Of a DNA stretch of 64,000 nucleotides, positions 1 to 13,596 are shown one piece after another. The DNA comes from Mobula hypostoma (Eukaryota): contig NC_086097.1 of assembly GCF_963921235.1 (NCBI RefSeq), positions 200,696,001-200,760,000 on the forward strand, in the 5' to 3' direction. Position 1 is the first letter of the stretch. Each line of letters opens with the position of its first letter. A program made the position numbers and the translations under genes. The notes under the pieces are model-generated. The model saw only the letters and a list, made by a program, of their open reading frames with translations. It made no database searches and was not told the DNA's origin.

Positions 1-222
1 ACTAGATTCTTGAATGGTTCCTGAGGACTGGAAAATTGCAAATGTCATTCCACTCATTAAGAAGGGAGGGAGGCAAAAGACTGGAAATTCTAGGCCAGTT
101 AGTTTAACTTCAGTGGTTGGTAAGATATTGGAGTCTGTTATTAAGGATGAGGTTTTGGTGTACTTGGAGGCACATGATAAAATAGGCATGGTTAAGGGAA
201 AATCTTGCCTGACAAATCTTGA
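1..222 (+). mobile_element. CR1 LINE ORF2 (RT) fragment
   Basis: Translates to VPEDWKIANVIPLIKKGGRQKTGNSRPVSLTSVVGKILES...KGKSCLTNL, the CR1 RT N-terminal motifs; homologous to the CR1 at 9722-10447. Confidence 0.9.
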
Positions 223-734
223 TTCTATTACTACTTTATCTTCACTAAAATCTAATCTACAGTTGCCAGTCAATCTACCAGCATGCCTTTGGGAGCACTC
301 AGCAGAAATCAACTCAGTCACAGGGAGAAAGTGCTAAACAGACAGCACCCAAGACTAAGTCTCTTGAACTCAGAGGTAGCAGCACAATATGCTGTCACAT
401 TGAAGCACCCTCTTTCATTCCAGTTATAGATATATTCTCGATTTGCATAAATTTCTTATTTTATTTTCTTCGTAATGAAATTTGGATAGAAGCCTGAAGG
501 CTCACAGTTAACGATTCAGGAACAGTTTTGTCCCCTCTGCCACCCAATTCCTAAATGGACTTTGAGTCCGTGAGGATTGCCAGCTCACCCCTACCTTTGT
601 TGTTTCACCAATACTGAATACTTTGTAATTAGCAATGTAGAGCCCTTTCTTAATACTTGATATTAGTATTCCATATGCCCCAGTGGATCTGCTTACTCAT
701 TTTATTCATATGATTCACAATTATTGCTCAAGAC

Positions 735-2047
735 TGTAAGACATAAGACATATGAGCAGAATTATGCCATTCAGCCCATTGAGTTTGTTCATAATTCCAT
801 TTTGGCTGATTTATTATCCCACTTAATTCCATTCTCTTGCCTTCTCTCCATAACTTTTGATGCCCTAACTAAGAACATAACAAACTGTTTTAAATATACT
901 CAGTGGCTTGATCTCCTCAACCATCCATGCCAATGAAATCCACAGATTCACCACCCTCTGGCTAAAGAAATTCCTTCTCATCTCTGTTCTGAATAGACCT
1001 CCCTCTGTTCTGAGGTTGTGCCTTCTGGTCCGAGACTCACCCATGATAGGAAATAATCTCTCCACATCCACTCTATTTAGGCCTTTCAATATTCGATAGG
1101 TTTCAATGAGATGCCCCCACATTCTTCTAAACTCCAGCGAGTACAGGCCCAGAACCATCATGCGTTAGCGCATTTATTCCAGGAATTATTTTTGTGAACT
1201 TCCTCTGGACTTTGTCCAATGCCAGCACATTTTTTCTTCCATAAGGGTCCCAAAACTTCTCACAATTATCCAAGTGTGGTCTGACGAATGCCATATTCAG
1301 CCTCAGCATCACATCCTTGCTCTTACATTCTAGTCATCTCAAAATGAATGCTAACTTTGCATTTGCCTGCCTTAACACCGCCTCATCCTGCAAGTTAACC
1401 GTTAAGGAATCTTACACAAGGATATCCAAGTTCTTTGCACATCAGATTTTAAAATTTTCACCCCATTTAGAAAATAGTCTATGTCTTTATTACTTCTACC
1501 AAAGTACATGTCCATACATTTCCCTACACTATATACCTTCTCCCACTTCATTGCCCATTTTCCCAATCTGTCCATGTCCTTCAGCAGATTCCCTGTTTCC
1601 TCAACACTCCACCTATTTTTGTATCATCTGCAAAGTTGGCCACAAAGCCATCAATTTTGTCATCCAAATTGTTGTCATACAACATAAAGGAAGCTATCCC
1701 AATACCAACCCCTGAAGAACACCACTAGTCACCAGCAGCCAACCAGAACAGGGCCCTTTTATTCTGACTCTTTGCTTACTGCCACTCAGCCAATCTCCTA
1801 TCCATGCTAGTATCTTTCCTGTAATACCATAGGCTCTTACCTTATTAAGCAGCCTCATATGTGGCACCATCTCAAAGGGTTTCTGAAAATCCAAGTAAAA
1901 CAATATCCACTGACTCTCCTTTGCCTATCCTGCTTGTTATTTCCTCAAAAAAATTCCAACTGATTTGTCAGGCAAGATTTTCCCTTAAGGAGACCATGCT
2001 GATTTTGGCCTATTTTATCATGTGCCTCCAACTACCCTGAAACATCT
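735..2047 (-). mobile_element. CR1 LINE 3' part (decayed RT C-terminus and 3' UTR)
   Basis: Minus-strand ORFs read YLDFQKPFEMVPH, VTSGVLQGLVLG, VRPHLDNC and FFSQRVVNLW. A taagacataagaca tail lies at about 737. Confidence 0.9.
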
Positions 2048-2263
2048 TGTGTCTGTGCACAACTACATATCAATTAAATCAAAGCCCACATGCGGGAGAT
2101 GGCTTTAACTGGTGTATTCACATTGCAGCAAAAGAGGGAGGGAGAACACATCACATGCGTAGACAGCAGCGCACGCGCACACAACAGATCAATATGTAGT
2201 GCAAAGGATTACATTAGAGCAATATGTAGTCTTTGCTCTAAAGAAACAGATCCATACATTACA
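2048..2263 (-). repeat. 3' LTR (216 bp) of the Gypsy remnant
   Basis: On the minus strand it begins TGTAATG immediately after the PPT AAAGGGGGAGGAAG and ends ACA at the junction with CR1 sequence. Confidence 0.75.
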
Positions 2264-3950
2264 CTTCCTCCCCCTTTAGATTAATAAAACATAAAACTGT
2301 ATATGTACAAAACATTCAATTTCCCTTTCATGAGCCTATATTCCAAATAAACATGCTTTCACAATAACAGTCCATAACAACTTCACAGTTCTAAGGGTCT
2401 TTTGGGTGGTGCTCTTTCATTCAGGATAGCGCCTCTGGACCTGTGGAGTGGCATCAGGTTTGGTAGGTGCCTTGTCAAAGACAACATTTTCAATTTCTGG
2501 TGTCACTTTGCTGTCAGTAACGTGATCATCACTGAGAAGCAAGTCTGGTGACTAATGTGTCTGGCTTGTTGGATGCAATTGACTCAGGTATATTCTTCGG
2601 TTGAGCATCCAGTATCTGGTCCACATGGCGTCTCCATGTCTGATCTCCAGTATCCACTGTGTACACCACTGGTCCAATTTTTGTAGCTATCGTACCGGTT
2701 GTAAACTTGTCTTCTTGATAATCACAAGCTAGGATTTTTTGTCCAATCTCAAAGCTCCTTCCTGCTTCACTTGCCATCTGGCTGAACCGACTATTCTGCA
2801 TGTCCCTCCATAGTTCTGGTTTCTGGAGGTCTGTGCAAAATCTCAGATACATGTTCATGAACAGCATTGCAGATGTTTGATTTGTTATCGCATGAACTGA
2901 GTTTCGATACACAAAAAGGAAGTTGTCCACCTTGAGCTGTAGAGAAATGTCCTCCTCGTCCATAGCTTTAATAGATTTCTTGAAGGTTTGAATAAACCTT
3001 CCAGCTAACCCATTCATTGCAGAGTGGTGAGGAGCTGACTTCAAATGCCTGATGCCATTTTTCTTTATGAGTAATTGGAATTCTTCTGATGTGTATTGTG
3101 GTCTGTTGTCACTCACAGTTTGCTCTGGTAAACTGTTTCTGGCAAAGGTTGTCCTCTTTGCTGAGGTGGTTGACTGCATTGATATAACCTCCAGCCACTT
3201 TGAATGAGCATCCACAGCAATCAGGAACATGGAGTCCATGAATGGCCCAGCAAAGTCAATACGTACTCTTTGCCATGGTGGAGACGGCCATACCCATGGT
3301 TGTAACGTTGCCTATGGGTATGAATTTTGAACTTTTTTGGCATCAGGTTTGGCAAGTGTCTTGTCAATTAGTGCTGCTGTTTGGGCAGCAGTTGCCTGTT
3401 GATGTCACACTGAGAGCTTTGCTTGAGTGCCAGTCTAGTTGGATTTTTCTGAGCCATCCACAACCAAAAAGTGCTGGCCCTCCACTTCTCAATATATAAA
3501 ACTCTAACTGTTGTGTTTGGCCTTGTTATGTCACATTTACTTTCAGTTTGCCTTTGAGAGACACTTCTTTGCCTGTGTAAGTCTTTAGCATTGCTGAGGT
3601 ATGCTCTAATGGTACCTTAGAAAACAGTATGTAGTAGATAGCCACTGCAATTATGGACAAAGTTGACCCTGTATCCAGCTCCATTTTCAGTTTTACACTG
3701 GACACATCTATTGTGATTCAACTGATTTTGTGATCTGCTTCAGTTGTACTATGCAGTTCTAGGCATGACAGTTCACCTTTGTTAGACTCTGTGTTGCTTG
3801 ATTCTGTTTTACGTTGGGTTACTTAATGCATTTGCTTAGTTTGAGACTTTTCACTTGGTAGTACTCTTTGTCGGCCTTGCACATTCTGTCTATTTGATCT
3901 TGTCTGTGATTCTTTCTGCAGACTTTTTCTTTGAAACTACAACGCATGCA
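2048..3950 (-). mobile_element. Gypsy LTR retrotransposon remnant (Mag-like): gag end, protease, integrase and 3' LTR; RT/RNase H missing
   Basis: Integrase ORF 2529-3239 (AVDAHSKWLEV, TVSDNRPQYTSEEF, SAPHHSAMNGLAGRF). Protease motif ELDTGS near 3670-3690. Polypurine tract at 2264-2277. Confidence 0.85.
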
Positions 3951-4024
3951 CAGCCAACATACCTAGTGCTAAGGGCGGGGGGGGGTGTCATTGCTTTAAA
4001 AGAAATAGATTCGTACTTTATACA

Positions 4025-5860
4025 TGTGGTCTAAGTGACTTATCTACCTTCAGATATTTCAGCTTGCCAAGCACTTTCTCCTTAGTAATAGCAGCTACAC
4101 TCACTTTTGCCCTTTGACACTTGACTTTCTAGCATACTGCTGGTGTCTTACATAATGAAGACTGACACAAAATACTAATTAAGTTTTTCCGCCATTTTTG
4201 GTACCCCATTACTACCTCTCCATCATCACTTTCCAATCCACTCTCCCCTCTGTTTTACTCTTTATATATCTGGAAAAAAACTTTTGGAATCCTGTTTGAT
4301 ATTTTTGACTAGTTTACTTTCATATTTCATCTTTTCTCTCATAATGATTTTTTAGTTGCTTTTTGTTGGTTTTTAAAACTTCCCACTATTTTTGCTTTAT
4401 TCTATGCCCTCTCTGTTGCTTTTATGCTATCTTTGTTACCCACAATTGCCTCATCCTCTAGGATAGTTCTTTATCATTGGGATGTATCTAACCCAAGCCT
4501 TCCGAATTGCCCCCAGAAACTCCAGCCTTTGTTGTTCTGCCATCATCTCTGCTATTACCCACTTTCCTTTCAACTTTAGCCGGCTCTTCTCTCATGCCTC
4601 TGTAATCCCCTTTACTTCACTGTAATACTGATACACCTGACTTTATCTTCTCCCTCTCAAACTGCAGGGTGAATTCAATCAAATTATGATCACCGCTCCC
4701 AAGATTCCTTTACCTTAAGCTTCCTAATCAAATCTGGTTCAGTACACAACACCTAATTTTGATTTAACTCCATGTTACACCTCACCTCATCCCACTGACT
4801 GCAATTTTGCCCTCTTCTATGCCTGTCTATCCTCGTTGTTTCACTAAACAGGGCATTGACTTGTACAACAACTGCCCCATCCTCTGCCCTATCACTCCAA
4901 TTCCCATGCCCCTGTCAACATAGTTTAAACTCTCCCAACAGCTCTAGCAGGCCTGCCAGCAAATAATTTGGTCCCTCTTGGGTTCAGATGTAACCCATAC
5001 TTTTTGTACAGGTCATACCTTCACCAGAAGAGATTCCAATGACCCAGAAATCTAAAACCCTGCCCCCCTGTACCACTTGCACGGCCACTCATTCATCTGT
5101 ACAATCATCCTATTCCTGCCCTGACTAGCACATGGCACTGAGAGTAATACTTGGATGTCCTGTTCTTCAGCTTTTTACCTAACTCCCTATACTCACTGCC
5201 CAGGACCTCTTCTTCCTTTCTACCTATGTGCACCATGACCTCTGGCCACTCACTCTCCCTTTTCAGAATCTACTGCAGTCACTCTGAGACACCCTGGAGC
5301 CCAGCACCTGGGAAGCAACAAACCATTCTGGCTTATCTGTCAAGGCCACAGAAACTCCTGTCCGTCCCCTATCGAGTTCCCTATCTGCCTGTCTTTACCC
5401 TTCCCTTCTGAGACTCAGAGCCAGCCACAGTACCACTGGCCTGGCAGCTGCTGCTGTGCTCTGACAGGTTTACCCCCCCCCCCCACCCACCTCCCCCTCT
5501 GCAGTATCCAAACTTGTTGTTGAGGGGAATGGCCACAAGGGAACCCTGCACTGACTGTTTCCTCCCCTTACTTCTTCTGGTGGTTACACGTCTGCTCTCA
5601 GTAATCGGCACTCTTGAGTATGACCACATCAGTAGAAGACTCATCTATGATGTTTTCAGACTCCCGGATAGTCCTGAGTGCATCCAGTTCCTTGACCTTG
5701 CCAGTCAGGAGCTGAAGTTGGGTGCATTTCCTGCAGACATAGTCATCAGGGAGACCGTTAGGTGCCTTGAAAATCTCACATCTCACAGAAAGAGCACCCC
5801 ACTGCCTGAAACTAAAATCTTCCCTATACTTGTTATGCCTCTAACTTCTAAAACCTAAGT
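4025..5860 (-). mobile_element. CR1 LINE 5' part: ORF1 remnant (CxxC/coiled coil, SGNH-esterase-like) and internally deleted ORF2
   Basis: LPDDYVCRKCTQLQLL..ELDALRTIRE (5598-5786), AIPLNNKF, and RMVCCFPGA near 5300-5330. LKVDKS near 4040 continues the CR1 interrupted at 2047. Confidence 0.75.
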
Positions 5861-7375
5861 ACTAGCCTGTGCTTTAAGTAAAAGCTTATGATTTTCTCTG
5901 ATAAGCATGATATCAACTTACTGAATGAATAAGTAAGTCTAAAAGAGATTGAAAAGTGAATGTTATTGGTAAATAAGCCACACTTCATTATTCCTTCGTT
6001 GCTGGGAAAAAAATATTTAAGATGAAAATGCTACATTGAAAATGAGGAATTTCCTGCAAAAAAAAACGAAAATTCAAGTTTCTTGGATTTTCAGAGAGGT
6101 TTTGCAATTGTCAATATTTTTTACTTTTAGTTATATTTTTATCTAGTCTCCTTCCTCTAAATTCTTCTCTGTTCATATTAAATGTTCTACATTGCATTAA
6201 AGCTGTAAAAAGATTTAATTGTTTTAATTAATTTATTATCACTTTTTACTCTCTCTTAACAACTTCTAGAATGGATGTCTTGAACACACTTTTATGATTC
6301 ATTGACAGCTAATTAATTTCCACAATTACTGACATTAATAAATGTTTTAAATGGATTGGATTTCATTCCAACAGCCTCTTTGTGTAAAAAATGAAGACAG
6401 TGAATCAGCTTTTATTTATAACAGTTACATTTTACTGGAAATGCTGGGCTTTTGCTTTAGTCTTTCAAGCTTTTTATTTAAAAACATAATAAATAGCATA
6501 ATGGATTAAATATGCTTGTTTATATAAATGAAAACTCATCTACACATCGGTCATTAGAATTTAATAATCAGTGCTAGGAACTGTACTATTTGTCAGTCTA
6601 AACCTTCACATTCTCACACAAAAGATCATTTCCCCTTGCCGCAGCATGCATATTTGTAAAATGGAAATGTAATTTTTTATTTCATAATCATATATGTCAC
6701 GTTTTATTCTTTGGCAATAAATTTATTCCAATAACTTGATGGAGACAAAAAGATAAAATTGCTGCTGTCTGGCTTTGACAATAAGTATTAATTTAGAAGT
6801 TATGTTGAGAATGTTCGGATGGTTCTGTGGTACTAAACTATGCATTGTGACATAGGATTACTGACTCAAATTAGCCTTAAAATTGTACTGGAATTTCTCT
6901 TCTTAAAATTCACCATTCCTCTCTGAAGAATTTTGATATCTATGTCCATTCCTTGTAGCCCAGTAAATGGACATATTCTCGGAGGTCAGGTGTCATTTCA
7001 AACCAGGTGATTAAGTCACAGTATTAGTTAAGTGTGTTAACTGATACTCAGGAAATTGTCTGTGACCTTCGGACATCTTGACGCCACAGAAATCTCACGG
7101 AAGACTATGTCTCCAAGATGGTTCAAGGTCTTACTTCAGTTTATTTTAGATGTGGCTATGGAAATTTACTTGGTACTTCATAGATTCAGTCATATGCAGA
7201 AAAACTATTCATAAAATTTTCTTCATGACCGGGCTCCTGAAAGATTTCTCATCCTTCAGTGGAAGGATGATCATTTCTCATGTTCACTAATGCTTGGTGT
7301 TTCAACTGATGAAAATCTTCTAACTTTCTACCTTCTAAGAGGTGGTGCTTGAGTAGATGAAGACAAAAAGATCTG

Positions 7376-7431
7376 GCAGCCATTAGTTTCTAGTATGGAA
7401 GAAGCAGCCATTAGTTTCTAGTATGGAAGAA
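7376..7431. repeat. Perfect 28-bp tandem duplication
   Basis: GCAGCCATTAGTTTCTAGTATGGAAGAA x2. Confidence 0.95.
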
Positions 7432-8626
7432 GTCTTAATCTTCTTTCCTACAGGGAATCCATACAAGGTAAAAATCAGAAGAGTTTGTTACTAGTGCATA
7501 CACAATAATCGCCCTTGAAGAAATATCAGCCGAAAGTACTTTAAGAATGGAAGGCTGCACTACCTATGCAATCATTTCCTATTTTAACCAATTCACTTTC
7601 CAATTTTCTCATAACCATGACCTCCTCATTTGAAATACTTTGAATCTGACTAGCGATGACCTTGATCATCACTCTACATACAGAAATTGCGTGTTAGAGG
7701 CATGACAGTTTTTCTCTTATAGAATTTATACATTCCATAGTTATCGTACTTGAAAATGTATTGAGCTTTTAAACCAATTGTTTGTCAGAATTGATAAGGG
7801 CAAATTGAACCTATAGAGTGCTTGTGAATTAGGCTTGCGCTTGAATGTTGCTGTAGTTTCCTGATGCTTAGGTAATTACATAAAAAAGACCCAAAGGGAA
7901 GGAGTTGATAGATGCCTTCATCATTAGTAGAGAAGGTGATTAGGAGTAATAGAGCCCTTGAGTTGTACACCATAGAAACAAACTCTTTGCCCCACTGCAT
8001 CATGCCTATCGATGAATCCCATTTACCTGGATTAATTCCATATCTGTCTATGCTTTGTTCATTCAAATACCTTTCTAAATGACTATTACATTTTGTTCCT
8101 GCACTTGCCTCCACCAGATACGAACTACTTTTTATGTGAAAACTTTGCACCTTAACCCGACTTTAACCCTCCTCCTCTTCCTCATCTGTTACATCTTAAA
8201 CCTACAGTACACCATCTAATTCTCTCCATTTGACCTGAATGTTTTTTGTAGTACCATTTTCTCACCATCCCAAACATTTACTTTCTACCAATTTAGCCAA
8301 ATATTATCCAACTACATATTGGGAAGACTTAGTGATTGTTTACACTCTCAATCTTCCCCTCCAGCTCCTTCCGTGACAAGTATGAGCCTGAGACTTTCCA
8401 CAACTTTTGCTTCAATTTCCTAACATTATTTAACTCTTTTCTTGCCATATCTCATCTGCTGCTGAAACCCTCATCTACGCTTTTGTCAGCTCCACATATG
8501 ATAATTCCATGCACTCTTGCCAAGCATTTCTCTTACTGTTCTCCATAAACTTAAAGTCACCACAACTATATTACATATGTGTTAACTCACACTGTCTAGT
8601 TCATCACTTCTCAACATAATTGTATA

Positions 8627-11551
8627 AGGGCTAAGAGTATTGTAAAAGCAAGCCTGAAGGCTTGTGTGTCAATGCAAGGAGCATTCGTAACAAGGTGGAT
8701 GAATTGAATGTGCAGATAGTTATTAATGAATATGATATAGTTGGGATCACAGGGACATGGCTCCAGGGTGACCAAGGGTGGGAGCTCAACATTCAGGAAT
8801 ATTCAATATTCAGGAGGGATAGACATGAAAGAAAAGGAGTTAGGGTGGCATTGCTGGTTAGAGAGGAGATTAACGCAATAGAAAGGAAGGACATTAGCCG
8901 GGAGGATGTGGAATTGATATGGGTAGAGCTGCATAAGACTAAGGGGCAGAAAATGTTGGTGGGAGTTGTGTACAGGCCACCTAACAGTAGTAGTGAGGTT
9001 GGGGATGGCATTAAACAGGAAATTAGAAATGCGTGCAATAAAGGGACAGCAGTTATAATGGGTGACTTCAATCTACATATAGATTGGGTGAACCAAATTG
9101 GTAAGGATGCTGAGGAAGAGGATTTCTTGGAATGTATGGAGGATAGTTTTCTGAACCAACATGTCGAGGAACCAACTAGAGAGCAAGCCATTCTAGACTG
9201 GGTATTGAGCAATGAGGAAGGGTTAATTAGCAATCTTGTCGTGCGAAGCTCCTTGGGTAAGAGTGACCATAATATGGTGGAATTCTTCATTAAGATGCAG
9301 AGTGATCTAGTTAATTCAGTAACAAAGGTTCTGAACTTAAAGAAGGGTAACTTTGAAGGCATGAGACGTGAATTAGCTAAGATAGACTGGCAAATGATAC
9401 TTAAAGGGTTGACGGTGGATATGCAATGGCAAGCATTTAAAGATCGCATGGATGAACTACGACAATTGTTCATCCCAGTGAGGCAAAAGAATAAACCAGG
9501 GAAGGTAGTGCACCCGTGGCTGACAAGGGAAATTAGGGATAGTATCAATTCCAAAGAAGAAACATACAAATTAGCCAGAAAAAGCGGCACACCTGAGGAC
9601 TGGGAGAAATTCAGAGTCCAGCAGAGGAGGACAAAGGGCTTAATTAGGAAAGGGGAAAAAAGATTATGACAGAAAGCTGGCAGAGAACATAAAAACTGAC
9701 TGTAAAAGCTTTTATAGATATGTGAAAAGAAAAAGATTGTTTAAGACAAATGTAGGTCCCTTACAGTCAGAAACAGGTGAATTGATCATGGGGAACAAGG
9801 ACATGGTGGACCAATTGAATAACTACTTTGGTTCTGTCTTCACTAAGGAGGACATAAATAATCTTCTGGAAAATGTAAGAGACCGAGGGTCTAGTGAGAT
9901 GGAGGAACTGAGGGAAATACATGTTAGTAGGGAAGTGGTGTTAGGTAAATTGAAGGGATTAAAGGCAGATAAATCCCCAGGGCCAGATGGTCTGCATCCC
10001 AGAGTGCTTAAGGAAGTAGCCCAAGAAATATTGGATGCATTAGTGATAATTTTTCAAAACTCTTTAGATCCTGGACTAGTTCCTGAGGATTGGAGGGTGG
10101 GTAGTGTAACCCTGCTTTTTAAAAAAGGAGGGAGAGAGAAACCAGGGAATTATAGACCGGTTAGCCTAACATCGGTGGTGGGGAAAATGCTAGAGTCAGT
10201 TATCAAAGATGTGATAACAGCACATTTGGAAAGCGGTGAAATCATCGGACAAAGTCAGCATGGATTTGTGAAAGGAAAATCATGTCTGACGAATCTCACA
10301 GAATTTTTTGAGGATGTAACTAGTAGAGTGGATAGGGGAGAACCAGTGGATGTGATATATTTGGATTTTCAAAAGGCTTTTGACAAGGTTCCACACAGGA
10401 GATTAGTGTGCAAACTTAAAGCACACGGTATTGAGGTATGGTATTGACGTGGATAGAGAATTGGTTGGCAGACAGGAAGCAAAGAGTGGGAATAAACAGG
10501 ACCTTTTCAGAATGGCAGGCAGTGACTAGTGGGGTACCGCAAGGCTCAGTGCTGGGACCTCAGTTGTTTACAATATATATTAATGACTTAGACGAGGAAA
10601 TTAGATGCAGCATCTCCAAGTTTGCGGATGACACGAAGCTGGGTGGCAGTGTTAGCAGTGAGGAGGATGCTAAGAGGATGCAGGGTGACTTGGATAGGTT
10701 AGGTGAGTGGGCAAATTCATGGCAGATGCAATTTAATGTGGATAAATGTGAGATTATCCACTTTGGTGGCAAGAACAGGAAAACAAATTATTATCTGAAT
10801 GGTGGCCGATTAGAAAAATGGGAGGTGCAACGAGACCTGGGTGTCATTGTACACCAGTCATTGAAAGTGGGCATGCAGGTACAGCAGGCAGTGAAAAAGG
10901 CGAATGATATGCTGGCATTCATAGCAAGAGGAATCGAGTACAGGAGCAGGGAGGTACTACTGCAGTTATACAAGGCCTTGGTGAGACCACACCTGGAGTA
11001 TTGTGTGCAGTTTTGGTCCCCTAATCTGAGGAAAGACATTCTTGCCTTAGAGGGAGTACAAAGAAGGTTCACCAGATTGATTCCTGGGATGGCAGGACTT
11101 TCATATGATGAAAGACTAGATCGACTAGGCTTATACTCGTTGGAATTGAGAAGATTGAGGGGGGGATCTTATTGAAACATATAAAATCCTAAAGGGATTG
11201 GACAGGCTAGATGCAGGAAGATTGTTCCCGATGTTGGGGAAGTCCAGAGTGGGGGCTCACAGTTTGAGGATAAAGGGGAAGCCTTTTAGGACCGAGATGA
11301 GGAAAAACTTCTTCACACAGAGAGTGGTGAATCTATGGAATCTTCTGCTACAGGAAACAGTTGAGGTCATTTCATTGGCTATATTTAAGAGGGAGTTAGA
11401 TATGGCGCTTGTGGCTAAAGGGATCGGAGGGTATGGAGAGAAGGCAGGTACAGGGTTCTGAATTGGATGATCAGCCATGATCATACTGAATGGCGGTGCG
11501 GGCTCGAAGGGCCAAATAGCCTTCTCCTGCACCTATTTTCTATGTTTCTAT
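8627..11551 (+). mobile_element. Young 5'-truncated CR1 LINE with nearly complete, frameshifted ORF2 (APE endonuclease + RT)
   Basis: Endonuclease motifs NARSIRNK, VYRPP, MGDFN, SDHN (8662-9669). RT motifs KSPGPDG, YLDFQKAFDKVPH, GVPQGSVLGP, KFADDTK. ORF broken near 9660, 10435 and 11165. Ends TTCTATGTTTCTAT. Confidence 0.97.
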
Positions 11552-12224
11552 CCAGCTATCCATTATTCCTAGTTACTCTATCTTGTGATGGCTTGTGATG
11601 AAACAGTGCCAAAACTTTAACACTTCCATCTTTATTTTAAAATCTCTCCACTGCCTCCCTTCACTGTCCTACATGCCTGAGATTCTGGAATCCTTTCTGT
11701 TACTCTTTGATTAAACTTTAGGTCTTCTACCTTAATACATCTTTATACAGTCTCAAATTTGATTTTACAGCACTTCTGTGAGGTGCTATAAGATGTTTCA
11801 TGTTGAAGAAAGTGGGGTAGAAATTCATTTACAGTCACTTGTGCTATGTTGGAAAAAAACAGCAATGGCTGAGCATGAAATTCACTCTTGAAATTAAATC
11901 CAATTTAAGTTGATAGAGACAAGTTTTAGAAACTGTGTAAAATTTGTAATTGCTATTAAATCATACACCATATTTAGAGAATGTTACTAAGAATTATTTT
12001 CTACGTTGTACATGTTGTTATTTTCAGACCCAACTTCGGCCCTGAAAAACTTCCAAGACTTAAATGGGAATCTTTACGTTTTTTCAACATCCATTATCTC
12101 AGTTATTGAGGGTCCACCTCTCCCCAAAAACATATAATTGGTTACATCATCAATATCATTTTAAATGCCACCACCCACTGCATTGTTCCTTCTAATTGTA
12201 AACCAACATGAAGCAGTATTCGTG

Positions 12225-13066
12225 ACTCCTCAGATAGTGAACCACTTCATACCCAAATGCAGCAGGACCTGGATAATATCCAGGCTTGGGCTGACAAGTG
12301 GCAAATAACATTCGAGCCAAACAAGTGCTAGGCAATGACCATCAACAAGAGAGGCTCTAATCATCGTCCCTAGACATTTAGTGGCATTTCCGTCACTGAG
12401 TCCCCTACTATTAACATCCTGGGGGTTATCATTGACAGAAATCTGAACTGGTCTAGCCACATAAACACTGTGGATACCAGAACAGGTCAAAGACTAGGAA
12501 TCCTGTGACATGTAACTCACCTCCTGACTCTCCAAAGTCTGTCCACCATCTACAAGGCTCAGGTCAGGAGTGTAATGGAATACTCGCCACTCGCCTGGAT
12601 GAGTGCAGCTCCATCAATGCTCAAGAAGCTCGACACCATCCGGTCCAAGGCAGCCCACTTGATTGGTACCCCTTCCACAAGCACCCAATCCCTTGACGAA
12701 CAGTTGCAACAGTGTGTACTATCCACAAGATGAACTGCAACAACACATCAAAGTTCTTAAGGCAGCCCCTTCCAGACCCATGACCTTCTAGAAGGACAAG
12801 AACACCAGATACCTGGGAACACCTTCACGGAAATCCCCCTCCACGTCACTCACCATTCTGACTTGGAAACATATCGCCATTCCTCCATTGTCGCTGGTCA
12901 AAATCATGGAACTCCTTCCCTAGCAGCACTGTGGGTTCACCTACACCTTGGGGACTACAGCGATTCAAGAAGGCAGCTCAACACCACCTTCTCAAGGGCA
13001 ACTGGGGATGGGCAATAAAAACTGGCTGAGCTGGCGACACCCACATCCTGTAAATGAATTTAAAAA
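12225..13066 (+). mobile_element. 3' fragment of a different CR1/L2-group LINE family
   Basis: Reads MQQDLDNIQAWADKWQITF...IYKAQVRSVMEYS with stops. The 3' end GGGATGGGCAATAAA...CCCACATCCTGTAAATGAAT differs from the other CR1 tails. Confidence 0.8.
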
Positions 13067-13596
13067 TTGTTAAAAAATACTATTATCAGACCTAATCTGC
13101 CAACAATCTTAAATATAAATACTGGAATCCTGTTGATGGGCAAAGGATTCACTCATGAATCCAAGAAAACAGAGAAATCTTTTTCTTTAAATGGCACACC
13201 AGTCTAGATTATTACTTGAGCATTAAGCAATATTCTTTATTTCTCTCCTGAATTGGTTCCTCATTCATATACTGCACGCAGGCTCATTTTGACCTTGATC
13301 GTATTGATATAAGGCCAATTAATCAATGGTAATATTAAAACATTTCATGATGAATACTGGCTCTCAGAGTTCAAATGAATCATTTTTCTTTATCATAGTA
13401 TCATTTATGTTCATTCAAGAGGGTAGACAGTACTTAGTCTAATGTTTTATCTGAATAACTGTGGCTTTCAGTAATCCTCAAGACTCTAGATGGGACAAAA
13501 CAACAAAATTCTGTCTCATGAGTGCTTTCAGCTGAGCTATGTATGACATCCACGACAAATCTTTCCCACCCAATTTGGTTACCAATGACCACATCC

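Noticed and set aside
2529..3239. Domesticated integrase gene
   Set aside because: Catalytic-region substitutions (NGLAGR, SDNRP), deletions, and an adjacent PPT/LTR indicate neutral decay.
8793..9590. 265-aa minus-strand ORF and similar antisense ORFs (e.g. 31266-31625, 21728-22315)
   Set aside because: Antisense or alternate-frame shadows of retroelement ORFs.
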